From: Euprymna scolopes
Taxonomy: Eukaryota
Length of the DNA: 64,000 bases
Assembly (NCBI GenBank): GCA_053919585.1
Contig: CM132792.1
Reading direction: 5' to 3' (one strand)
Below are positions 40,528-52,960 of the stretch, one piece after another; the stretch's first letter is position 1; every line of letters starts with the position of its first letter. The position numbers and the translations under genes are program-made. The notes beneath the pieces were generated by a model, which saw only the letters and a list, made by a program, of their open reading frames with translations, was not told where the DNA came from and did not search any database.

Positions 40528-41149
40528 GGGGCGTGACTCATGTGATAGAGACTGAATCGAAACATTTCAAATTTTTACTCAATCGGCCGCGGAATAAAAT
40601 TGAGAAAGAAATCGTCTCTATACGTCAGACCGCATTCTGGATTATCTAATGAATACTGGCCTATCGCAGAATCGAAATTATTGTGGGTAGGGTTAAGGGG
40701 AATTTTATTTAGTTTTATTTTTACTTTGTATTTGTTTATATGGAAACCTGGATGCACATATTGTATGATTTCGAAGTGCTCGCTCATTCGGCCCACATAA
40801 ACAGCATCACACTGGCATTGAACTTTATATATAATATTGTTAAATTTTATTTGAGACTAGCAGTCCATTTTAAAAGGAGAAAATTATACGATGTAAAACA
40901 GACGGAAAACACTTGTTAGTTGTCTTTTTAAGTTGATTAATAAGTGAGAAACATTTTTCCCAACCATCGGCAATTCAAGCTATACGGGACATTTAGTAGA
41001 GCCAAACAAGGACATAACCTTTGGTTCTTCTTGATAAAATTAAGATACGTTTCTGCACTTTATCAACAACCTTCAAATGAAAGAAAAATTTCCCAGAGGA
41101 TTATTACAACAGAACTCCATACATTATCTAGTAGTAAACTTGCAGAGGT

Positions 41150-41719
41150 AGTATAGTCGCATATTTGAATAAACTGCATCCTGTATCTTTATAAGGCAAC
41201 CATTCACCCATATATGGAGTATTCCTGTCATATTTGGGCTGGTGCATCGGCTACTAGTCTCTCGCTCCTTGACAAGGTTCAAAAGAGAGTCGCAAATCTT
41301 ATAGGCCCTAAACTGGCAGCTAAGGTTCAGCCTCTGTCCCATCGACGAAACGTTGCATCCCTCTGCCTGTTCTACAAGTATTTTAATGGTGAATGCTCTG
41401 ATGAACTGCAAGCACTTATGCCCCCACGACGTGAACACCCTCGACAGACCCGACAAGCTGAAAAATCTCACCACACTATGGAGATCCCTAGATGTAAAAG
41501 ATCTTTCTACTTCAGTAGTTTCTTCCCCAGAACCGCTAGACTTTGGAATTCCATTCCTGGTCACTGCTTCCCTAACTGTACTGACATGCAGAAGTTCAAG
41601 TGCAACGTGAACCAACATCTTGCTGCCCAAATCCCTACATAGTAACCCAGTAGTTGTTTCCCCTGATAGTAGCCCCCCACACCAAAGTGGCCATTTGCCT
41701 TGTTTGGGGTGAAAAAAAA
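41150..41719 (+). mobile_element. CR1/Jockey-group LINE, 5'-truncated 3' end with A tail
   Basis: ORF 41214-41642: MEYSCHIWAGA...LLDKVQKR...LSHRRNVASLCLFYKYF...SFFPRTARLWNSIP. A-run at 41712-41719. Confidence 0.9.
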
Positions 41720-42389
41720 CTGTTTATAGCGGTTGAAAGAACAGATTTTATGAGAAGTAGAAAGAATAATTGATTTGATAAAGACAGAACAAAAATTTTC
41801 GACTCTGTTCGTCATGGAAAAACAAGCCATTTCTAAGGAATTTCAGGAGGAAATCTGACACAAATAAAATTCAAAAGCATGAGATAAGTCTTAACGAAAG
41901 AAGACATTGCTTAGCCCAATCTATCACTGAATCCAAGTCATATCATTTTGACTGGTCTTAGGGAGAGGGTTGAGTAGCAATACCAGACTAGGGGGTGATA
42001 TCATTAGTATAGAGGTTTTCTTTTCTGAATAATATTCCATTAAAGGTAATTTTATAGAGAAGAAATATTGTTTGTCCTAGAAAACAGCACTGAGGCATTG
42101 ATAAAAAAGAATCCAAGAGACACTAGTAAGAGTTACTTGATCGAAAAGAAAAGAAAAAAATAATAATGTCAAAAACGTTACTACGAATGTTATAATCTCT
42201 AACTTAATGGAGAAGACCAGAATGTCACACTTTTTCAAAGCCTTCGAAATGATAAGTGAAATTGTCCTTTTTTTATTTGAATTATCCATAATTCGATATA
42301 TCCGCTTAGTTACGACTGTTATTAGATTATCTTTTGAAGGAAAACCGCGAAAGCCACAAAGAACATAATCAAAGAGGTTCAGCTTTTTC

Positions 42390-42830
42390 TAGAAAATTAA
42401 CAAGCTTTCAAAAATGTTTGTACTAACGGAGAGAAGAAAACCAGGTAGATATTTAGCTGGGTCACACCGAATACCAGCATTAATAAAGGCAGGATTCGTT
42501 CCAACAAAAAGTGTTTTGTAGGACTAAACAAATAGAGATTGCATAATTCCGAGAGGATACATGAAAATTCAGGAGCACACAGTTTGAGCACAACAAAACA
42601 GAAAGCCTTAAACTTGTTCAAACCGGAAGAACCCTATTAACCCTCTTCCGAGTGATAATTTAAATTAGAATCAATTGGTTGATGATTTTCTTAACGAAAA
42701 TCAGAAATCATACGACACGAATCACCGAGAGAATATTACCATAAAAACACGAGCAAATAGAGCATAGAAACTAGACTAAGCAAAAGAGCGGGGATAGCAG
42801 TCCTACAACTATTAATAACTACATATATAG
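42390..42830 (-). mobile_element. Highly decayed CR1/Jockey-group LINE RT fragment
   Basis: VVLKLCAPEFSCILSELCNL in ORF 42397-42621 resembles the RT domain 0/1 motif. Confidence 0.5.
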
Positions 42831-43279
42831 ACAGCATATGTGTGTACTAGACGAACATACTAGTGACGAAGTATGCATCCTAGTTAATAAAAACAATCAG
42901 TTAAAAAAAAACGCCTTGCCTGAATTTTTTTTCTTATACTTCTATTTATCTTACTAAACATTTTCGGATCATTTGAAAATGTTTTTTTTTATTAATGTGT
43001 TCAACCATACATTGACTTAGCTCATCTACTACGAACATAATAACCTCGTGGTTTTATATGCCCTAGTGCATAAAACCCTTCAGAAGGGCATTTATAATGC
43101 CTGAAGACTTAATGAAATATCTCTCACAACCGTACAAAAAGGTTTACTACAGCTGATACATTTAAAGTCTTATTATCAAACTGTATGGACCTTATAAGAT
43201 GCATATAAATTCACCCCACAGTGTATAAGTAAAAACAAAAAAAAAAACTATTAGTGATATGTTAAGTAACAACAACAAC

Positions 43280-44477
43280 TACCACTATTTGCTTTTTGCA
43301 GAATTTTATAATTTTTATTTCAAATGATGCATTTTTATACGCTTTCGTTATAATACTTTTACTTTGTATATCATTTTAAAGAGCGTTTTATGCTCAATCT
43401 AATCCTTTAAATTACAAATGTTATAAAAAATGCCTAATTTTCAGAACGTTGAATACAAGATGAAAAAATAAACACACTCGCACAATTTTCTAATTTTAAT
43501 TCGATCTAGGCAGAAAAGCGGCTGAAACAGTTCGAGATATCAAGGAAGCGTTTTGCCCAGGAAACACTACTAAACGACGATAAGAGTTTTGAAGATGATG
43601 ATCGTCGTGATCGAACATCAGATGTTCACAACAGTTAATTACGTGTCTTAGTCGTGCATATACACGGACAACTTTTTAAGAAATTGATTCTGAATTAGAC
43701 GTAACGTATACGATGATTTTCAATCACTTGAAGGAAATTGGAAACTTGAAAAATGAGTGCCTTACAAATTGAACGACAACTAAAAGAAACGCCGTTATGA
43801 AGTGTCATCTTCTTTTATTTACACAACAAGAACCACCCGTTTCTCAAGCGGGTGGTGATTTGCAATGAAAAATGGTTTCCTTACGACAACCGGCGACACT
43901 TGGCTCAGTCATAGATGCTGACGAAGCTGCACGACACTTGCCAATGCGAAGGTGGCACCAAGCTAAAGGCATGCTGACTGTTTCGTGGTCTGCGAGCGGT
44001 ACCATTTATTACAGTTTTTTTTAATGCAAGCGAAACCATAATGGCGGATAAGTACTGTCAACACAAAATGAAATGCATCAGAAATTTCCATAACAACCCC
44101 CAACATTAGTCAACAGAAAAGCCCCAATTCTCTTCCACGACAATGCTCGCCCGCACGTTGCTAAACTCTGCCTCATTAGCCATACTCTTCACTTCTTTCC
44201 CCTACCGATTACTATATTTTTAAGCATCTCGACAACATTTTGCGGAGAAATGCTTAACAAATCTAAGCGATATCCAAAACGCCTTTATCGATTTTATCTC
44301 TTCTTGGACGCAAGATGTTTACGTTACTGGCATAAATACACATGTCTTGGGTTGACAAAAGTGTGTTTATTCTAATGGTGCTTGTTTCTATCAACACATT
44401 TTTGTTATAGTCGGGGTATTTTCATTTGAATCTGAATCTAAAATTTAAAAACCACAAGAACTTTCTTGTCAACCTGA
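43280..44477 (+). mobile_element. mariner (cecropia/Hsmar1-like, DD34D) decayed copy, absent from the ORF track
   Basis: From ATG 43460: LGRKAAET.RDI.EAF, PFLKRVVICNEKW.PYDNRR, VNRKAPILFHDNARPHVA, SPTDYYIFKHLDN, QKCV.SNG. Right TIR ...TTCTTGTCAACCTGA|TA. Left end approximate. Confidence 0.88.
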
Positions 44478-44522
44478 TACAGCCGAAGATGTTTGGTGGT
44501 TACATCGACTAAAACGTTGTGT
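44478..44522 (+). repeat. Family B hammerhead-derived repeat fragment
   Basis: TACAGCCGAAGATGTTTGGTGGTTACATCGACTAAAACGTTGTG, near-identical to 45929-45972. Confidence 0.65.
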
Positions 44523-45539
44523 TTTAGATTAAAACTTTGGTTTAATTTAAAGTTTATAAACTCTGACTTATCAGCCCAGAGAACGTCTTGTATTACAAAA
44601 GTATAAGTATTCATGAAGAATATGAAAATTAAAACATTCTATGATATTTACATGTTTTTAAGCAGCATATATTCTAGACGATTGAACCGGACACCCCCGA
44701 AAGATGAAGTCTCTAGGGATTAGCAAATTCACAAGCGTCCTACCAGTCGCATGTATATATCGTAAGATATTAGTTACCTGTTCAGTTAATAACAAATTCC
44801 CGTTAATTAGAATTAATTTTTCTGACATTATGATTCAATCCTAGGCCGAGGAAATGCTTCAGCTGTTATTAGTGGCATGAAAATATGTATGAAAAGCTCA
44901 GGATAAAATAATCATTTACTTGCCGTTCCTATGATTATAGATCCCACGCGCTTCAATAAACGATTAGACGTGATTGAAAACCGTTTTCGAAAGACAATAA
45001 ATTATGTTAACCAACAAGTCACAACAAAGAGGGAAATTTGAATTTTTAGTAATTTGTAATCACATCAATTGCCCCAGTTTGATGAGTTTATTCATACCAT
45101 CACGCCAAGTCGATTGGTGTCATTAAACGTTGGCCCATCAGATAAACGATAATCAAGTCGTGCTCGCCTTTACATCGACCATTCAACGACATTTTCGGGC
45201 GGATGTAGTTAATCCTTCTGTGGAAAGTTAATTATCAGCCCCTTATTCTAGTATGGTCGGCTTGTTGATGTTGCTTATAATGGACGAAAAGTTAGTTAAA
45301 TTAACCTTATTTTCTGTTTAAATAGATCTTGATCTGAATGATATACACAATCTGGTCACGTGTTTCGTTGTACGAAGTTCTATGATAAAATGTACGATGC
45401 AATAAACCAAATATTTTTCAAAATGCATGCCATGAATGAAAAAGATAAAAACATGGGAAAAAGAAGAAAACGTATTTACATGTTTACAAATTTATAGATA
45501 TTTTGAATTTGAATTTTTGTGAGAAAATATTTGTGCGTG

Positions 45540-46080
45540 TGATGAAAAGTTAGATTATTCGTATTAATCGGATTCTTCGATCTTCTGTTTTCACCTTGAG
45601 TGTCATTTTCACAACGTTTTAACGAACTTATTCAGATGTATTTGGTCGAACTCAGAAATCGTTCTTGGGAACTCTAAAATCTTCTGATCGAACTCAAGAA
45701 TCGGAACGCAATTTTGAACGAAGCGATTTATTTAATTCACAGTGTTAGTATGATCTCGTTCCGTCAGGCATGATCAGGGAAAAGTCATCAATAATTCGAA
45801 ATTATATTTTCAAATGTTGCCCGCCCTTTAACTTCTAGATGTGTATAACTTACAACAATGTTATCCGCAAAACCACGGACCAATACTGATTTAAGCGTTC
45901 GATAGAAAGATTTTCGGATTCAACATGATACAGCCGAAGAAGTTTGGTGGTTACATCGACTAAAACGTTGTGAAAATACACTTTAAAAGGAACACAACGG
46001 TCCGAATAATCCAAATAATGCAAATAATAAACCTTAATCTAAAAAATTCAGAAACAGAAAAGTTAGATGTTCTGATTGAC
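45540..46080. mobile_element. Two oppositely oriented family B copies (45540-45830 minus, 45890-46080 plus)
   Basis: Share TCACCTTGAGTG..ATTTTCACAACGTTTT and flanking blocks with 57170-57530. Confidence 0.65.
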
Positions 46081-46759
46081 AAAATGTTCACAGTACACAC
46101 GAACGTATGTGATATGCCTAGTTTTTTTTCAGATAAACATTTCGCATGCAACCGGTGAGACCTACTCTATTCTGGGCCGATGGTTTAAACCTGCAATCTT
46201 TCAGGTAAACGAATAACTGCGAGCAGTGAAAAGGACTTCATGCAGATCGGAAAATCCTGAGACAGTTTTCATAAGCTCTATGCAAAAGTACACGTCATTT
46301 TTTAATTGTTGTTCTTGCTCTAAGCGCACTTTCATATGCATAAAAGCTGTTTGAAAATGCCCTGGGTAATGCCTATATTTTCTACTGGTCTGCTACTTGC
46401 CCGGATTGTTATAGTGCCAACATATCCTAAAGAATTTACCTTGTAGTCATTATCTAGCAGGAGATTTTCCTAGAATCTGCAAGAGTAGCCAACGTTTTCT
46501 CTTGCGTTTGGTTCGTTGGAGCTGCTAATCTTAATTGATGGGATGGTCGTGTAGCTAATTTATCGCTACTGAACAAATTATATAGTTTATGCTTTAGCGA
46601 AAAGTTTTTTTTCTAGTAGTTTCCGAAAATGTGTATTACTCATGTTTTTGCGTTGAGAGGGTAAAAGGGGCCAAACCAACTTATGTTCCGCTTCTTATTG
46701 TATTTGTTTATAGCTTGTTTGTACCCTACTGGGTTGGCTGGTATGGAATCAACGACAAC

Positions 46760-47635
46760 AGTAATGGAAAACGAGAATCACAAAATACCATTGAACATGG
46801 ACATATACACAGATAAACCCATCCAAGCAAGAGAACCAGGTGTCGTATTAATTAAAAAGAAAGAAAAATCCTGCGAAATCGTAGACTTTGCTGATAGGAT
46901 AATTATCAAGAAATGGAGAAAGGGAATTAACTAGAGATCTGAAAGAGATATACATGATGAAAAAAATCAAAATAGTACATACAATAGTAGGAGAACTAAG
47001 AACAACTCCAAAAAAACTTTGAAAAAAGAATGCGAGAAATGTGAATCAGAGGAATGCCCTGGAAGATACAACAAACAGCAATAATGAAGACATGAAATAT
47101 TAAGGAAACTCCTTGAATGAGTAAACTAATACAGAAGCCACATGCGCAGGCCAGACGAACTACTGCAGAGACAAAACACGAAACATTACATAGAACTGCG
47201 TATCTATAAGTTCTCTATCCTCGTTCCCATTACCCAATCACAACCCTCCTCAAAGTAATGATGCCAAATAGTCGAGAAAGCTCAAGGAGGACGAAAAGAC
47301 AAAGGAGAGGACGCTGAACAACCCCCCCCCCCCGCTGGACAGATGCCGAGAGAAGTGGTACCTTGGGAAGGTTTGTTGCCACTTAAACTCCAGTGAAGGT
47401 CTATGGCCACTACTAGCGAGAAATCAATGGTAAGCGGCCGTTGCAAATGTAATCGAAAGAGGTGCAGAGTAATGGAGATCAGGGAAGACTAGTTGTCAGT
47501 CAGCTTCCAGGGAAAACAACAGGTTGTTCTCAAGAAGGAATCCTTTATGACCTGCGTGAAAACTCCTTATGAGCCAACAACAACAACAACAACAACAACA
47601 ATAATAATAATAATAATAATAATGATAATAATAAA
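46760..47635 (+). mobile_element. R4/Dong-clade LINE 3' fragment (RLE domain plus 3' UTR) ending in (CAA)n(TAA)n
   Basis: TVMENENHKI..DIYTDKPIQAREP.VVLIKKKEKSCEIVDFA. 3' UTR similar to 56850-57020. Confidence 0.8.
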
Positions 47636-49016
47636 ATTCTCCGAACACTCATCCTTATACTAATACCACTCAAGATCTATTTCAAAATAATATCCCAGCA
47701 CCTATTGTTTCCATCATTGCTCACAAGAGTGAAAAAAAATGTTAAGCATCTCCCCATATTGAAACTCAGTACACATCAACAAATTAATAAAAGGCCCCGG
47801 GCACCTTGCAAAACAAACAGATATTGGCGCTACTTAAACTTTAATAAAGACAAGAATTTTTTAACCGCGCGTCTTCTTTTAACAACCATATTTGTGTATG
47901 TATGTACCTATGCATTTATATTTGTGTATATGTAATTGCTTATATACTGTTATGTACATATACATGCACTTTGGTATATGTATTTATATGCAGTTCTTAG
48001 TTTATACGTTATAACGCAGCCTGTTAGTGCCGACCAATTCCTTTCCTAGCTGTCGCTTTATCAACCGTTAACTATAAAATAATCTATCAGAAATTTAAAT
48101 ACCTTTTCCAATCTATTAGATAAATGCATCTTCACAATGAGCTCATAGCGTATAATTTAGAAGCAATCTTAATTATGACATCCATTTCCTTTAATAATTA
48201 GCTTCAATCCTTCGACTCCTGCTGAAAATTTCATCATAATATCATTGCATGCATTGTAACATTTGACCAATTTTTCTGCCTTAGTTTTTTTTTATTACTA
48301 TAATACAATTTTATCTGAATCATTAAGACATTGCCCTTTTTGTCCTTAAAATAGGTCAGCCACCGTTGACAGTTATTGAGATGATTTGTCGATGCAAATC
48401 AGCCTCGACAGCAACGTGTTAACACCTTCAATATATTCATACTTCCAATAAGTTCTCTTACTTTTTATTCTAATATCTCGTACTTACTTTTTCTTCTCGT
48501 ACTCATTTGTGAATTATTTTACGGAATTCTGTCTTTTTGATGACCTCAGAACATATTCTATTAACGTGATGCCTTTGGATTTTTTATATCTGGATTTTCA
48601 ACTTTTACAAACTTTTTGGATGCCACCGTCCTTTTTTTTAGTTTTAAGTAAGTATGTTCTACGGCTTGTTTGTGGTTTCATTGAACTCTTTACAAGCAAA
48701 ATCTTTTGCAAACCCCTCTTCTCTGATGGACAGTATTCATTTCGATACTCCACGGATTAAGGAAAATTATTTTCACTTGTGTTTTCTTTTGAAAATAAAT
48801 ATGGTTTACTCCTGCTTAACGCTTTATCACCATATTTTATTAACTCTTTGTCCTTATTACAGGCTTTATTTCCTATTTGGTTTTATTGCGCTTTTACACC
48901 TAGTAAGGAATGCTTTATAAAAATTAAGTCTCTAATATTTATAACATAATATAATATTTTTAATTTTACTGTTTTGCATTATCTTTGAAAACTTAACTGT
49001 ATTTTTTTTATTTTTC

Positions 49017-49057
<41 letters not shown>

Positions 49058-49108
49058 CTGGCTGACAGGTGAATGTACACACACACCCACACATACACAC
49101 ACACACAC

Positions 49109-49153
<45 letters not shown>

Positions 49154-49222
49154 CCTGTCATCAATTTATTAAAAGATAAATAGCCCGATCGTCGAAGACA
49201 AGATTGGACCAACCAAGTGGGC

Positions 49223-49309
<87 letters not shown>

Positions 49310-49572
49310 CTAGCTTACTTCAGTCTTGCCAGTACTTGGGCGTGGACTGTTTTTTGCAAGAGTTGCATATTTACTAACTGCACCTCTCCTGAGCTATCGT
49401 TATAAAATACGAGTGCCAACTGGAGGTTCAAGATGACTGCTAACAATGCTGAGATAAGCGGAAAGAACCCGCTGCGTCGACAGTTTCTAAATAGTCACCC
49501 ATTATTAACTGGCCAAGCTCAAAGTTGCTAACCTTTGGTGATCTCACGAGAACTTGTGTGCTAACTTGATTA

Positions 49573-49575
<3 letters not shown>
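49310..49575 (-). mobile_element. 5S rRNA-derived SINE (SINE3-like) or 5S pseudogene with an unrelated tail
   Basis: Minus 49575-49485 reads CATAATCAAGTT...GTTCTCGTGAGATCACCAAAGGTTAGCAAC...ATGGGTGAC, matching metazoan 5S (GTTCTCGTCCGATCACCGAAGTTAAGCAAC...GATGGGTGAC). Flanked by (TA)n. Confidence 0.8.
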
Positions 49576-49634
<59 letters not shown>

Positions 49635-49637
<3 letters not shown>

Positions 49638-50878
49638 TCGTGAGCAAAAAATATGGGCCAAACTAATTTTATGCATTTTATTGCACTTAAAGCTATATTG
49701 AACAAAGAACAATAGAACAAGGGAACTTAAACGAGACTAATAACATAGAACAATACATTTACTTTAATAAATGCGTAGGATGGAATCGCATTCCCTTCTG
49801 ATTTCTTTAAAAAATCAATCCTTTAAGACATCCTCTCAACCAATGTGGAATACTGAAGAAGAGATTTTAGCTTCCCACATTTGTCATTGTTCTCAAAAGT
49901 TCTTCCAGCTAATTCACGAGATATTTTGGACCAAATATTCTCGATTGGATTTAAACCGGGGATTTGACCTCACCAAAATATCACATCAATTGAATTATCA
50001 GGAAACCATATTTTTGTGACTTTAGCAGTGTGGTCTGGATACTTAGTAACAGTCCTGTTTCGATTATTCGAATATATTCCTTTGCATTGATTGACTTCTC
50101 ACATCTAATACGTTCCCCAACTCCTGCTGCAGTAAAAGTTTCTCATACCATTATTCCTCCATTCCCGGGTTAAACTGGCGATTTTATGCACTTTGGCGAA
50201 AATCTTTCTCCAGTTCTTCGATTGCACCGTTCGTGAACATCATGAGCATAACTACCAATACAAAATCTTGATTCATCCTAACAGAAAACATTCCTGAACC
50301 AGTTTGTATCTTTATTGTCATAACACGAGAAAATCTCTTTCTATCATTGATGTTCTTCTGAGATAAAAGTGTCTTCTTTACACGCAGAAGAAAACCTTTC
50401 ATTCATCTAGATATTGTATATCTAGAATAGGAATTTCCAGCCCTGTTTTGAATTCTTTGCTATGGTCAACATAAGTTTTCGTTCGATCGTTCAAAACAGT
50501 TAATTTAAGTCTGCATTCGTCTTTCAAAGTAAATGCTCTAGGGCGACCAGATCCAAGTTTCCCTTTTACCGAGCGTTCGATTCGAACCTTTGACCAATTC
50601 GCTTCACTGGAGGAAAAGATATTTCACATTTTATTTTCTTAAAATATAAAAAAATCTGTTTGTAAGTCATTTTGGACTACCTTAATCCTGCAATTCGTTT
50701 TTTTTTATATCCTCGCCATATGTGGTCTTACCATTTTAGGATTAATTTTTCCACTTATTATTATATGATATAAAATTAAAGTAGACATTTTCAGTTAAAA
50801 TTAACAAAAATTCATGAAAAAATATTGAAAAATCGAGTTCTTCCTTCTTTCATTCCTGGCCTATTTTTTTGCTCATGA

Positions 50879-50881
<3 letters not shown>
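49635..50881 (-). mobile_element. Tc1-like transposon, decayed, both TIRs, in (TA)n
   Basis: TIRs TACTCGTGAGCAAAAAATATGGGCCA / TGGCCTATTTTTTTGCTCATGAGTG. Motifs GSGRPR, PDHTAKV and LNPIENIW. Confidence 0.88.
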
Positions 50882-50949
<68 letters not shown>

Positions 50950-51039
50950 CCAGTTTTGCTGTTTTTGAAAAGTAATTCATAAACAACCCAAAACTTTGTA
51001 AAATTAAGCTAGATAGTATAAATCAAGAGATGTTAAGAA

Positions 51040-51430
51040 TGGAAAGAAAATGTATCTGTAGACCAAAAGAGTAATGCCCACTAAAAGATGAATATCTGAC
51101 TAAAAGTATTGTTTTAAAATGTAACCTTACAGTGAGAGATAAATCTGAAACAAATATTGTTCTATGGGATGTCCGTTTCGATTCAGATCTAACAACTATA
51201 TGGCAGCAATAAAGAAACCATATAGGCTTAGTACTGATGAAACTATTACATTTCTAATATTTCCTATATAAAAATTTAAAGAAAAGTATAGTATACCATA
51301 TGGACTAAACATCTAGATTAAATTTAATAAACGCACTCCTAATAAAAGAGGTAAACGAGAACTATGTTTTACTGAATCGGTTAAAATAGTGGGCTGCTTA
51401 CAGAAGGGAAACTATAAACATAATACGTAT
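51040..51430 (+). mobile_element. Decayed PLE GIY-YIG fragment, absent from the ORF track
   Basis: Manual translation: KCICRPKE*CPLKDEYLTKSIVLKC...PFRFRSNNY..., the same CxCx5CPL motif. Confidence 0.65.
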
Positions 51431-52187
51431 AATAGCACAAAAGGAATTGATTAATCGATAATATATAGGTTAGAAATTATAGAAACCAGAAGCAAAATAT
51501 ATATTTTGTAAGAAAATAAAAGAGTTGATGGATGAAATAACTAATAATGTAAACTAAGAAAAAGTAGAATATACCTCATTATATTAGTTATGATATTGAA
51601 TATAACATTTAAAAATATGATACAATATGTAAATAGATTATTATAACTTTATCCTGGTATGACCAATTATTTAGATAATGCGCACACTGTATATAACGTA
51701 AATAAATTAAACAAATAAATAATATGCAGCAGCAGAAAAAAAAGACAACGAAATAATAAGGAATATACAAAAGAAAATACAAAATACAATACAACTCATG
51801 TAAAAAAATACAAAAAATAAAAGAAAAAATTAACAGGTTCAGCAATATGCTAATCAACTAAAAAAAAACATCATAAATCCCCCCTCCTTAAATTTGCTGC
51901 GGAACTCCACACAGCCATCTAAACCATTCCTTTCTTTCCACCCGGCATGCTCTGAATAGAACTGTAATATCCACCATTGAAAAGGGGAATTTTTCCCGAA
52001 ATATTTTTAGATATCGTCACAGACATAACAAGTAAGACATTTATACTTTATACAATTGAATAAATATATGTGCATATAGACATATATGTGTGTACTTATT
52101 GATTTGTAAATCGCCACTTGTTTTCGTCTTCTCTCATCAACACCGACTATATCCCATTCCTCGCATTGCGATAGCCTTCTGAATCTC

Positions 52188-52252
<65 letters not shown>

Positions 52253-52694
52253 GGGGGGGTGTATACTGCAAGAGATATGATAGTCTAAGTATGAATCATA
52301 TACATAATAAATTGTCAAAATACACGAGGAACTTATATATATGGTCTACGAAAAATTATTAGTTAATAGATGATGAACAAGAAGTAATTGGGAACTAAAT
52401 GATAAAATAAATAAGTTATTACCATAGGCAAATGCATTTAGAAATGAGATAGCATTGCTATCAATAAGTTTATGCTTAAAAATTGTCATAAATTACATAA
52501 TTGCATTTAGGTATAGAAATAGAACTTTGCCTTAATTATTATAAAAATAGTATTAATACATTCGGCACAAATGATGAGAGAAAAAAAGAAGAAAGTAAAT
52601 CTTTATCACAACATATGACGATATAATATATACCGTTGGTTAAACTGTATAGAAAAATTGGAAAAAATGTCGGTATAAAATTGCACTAAATAAG

Positions 52695-52960
52695 TGTTTC
52701 TTTTTTTTTTTTTTTACGGCATATCAACCCTTTACAGGTAAGTGAATGCCAAATCCACTGATTCGGAAGAACATTTTGTTTAACAGAATCTTTTGTTTTT
52801 GTTTTCAAGTCAGTTGCTATTTAACCCATAGTTGGGACCCTAACAGGTACTAACAGAGATGACCTGGGAACAATGGCAATTCAGGGGTTGCTCGATAATC
52901 CCCAAAGCCCGTAAGCTGGGGCCTCACCATCGGATATAGTTTAAGGTCATATCTAGGACC
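52695..52960 (-). mobile_element. Retroposed SINE/LINE-tail insertion with poly(A) and a 14-bp TSD
   Basis: TTGCACTAAATAAG at 52681-52694 and 52961-52974. T-run at 52701-52715 is the minus-strand poly(A). Confidence 0.85.

Noticed and set aside
41124-41630. 168-aa minus-strand ORF
   Set aside because: Antisense shadow of the LINE ORF.
48010-48960. Possible Sola-like transposase remnant on minus (YLLK...QKVCK)
   Set aside because: Only one weak motif and no clear termini.
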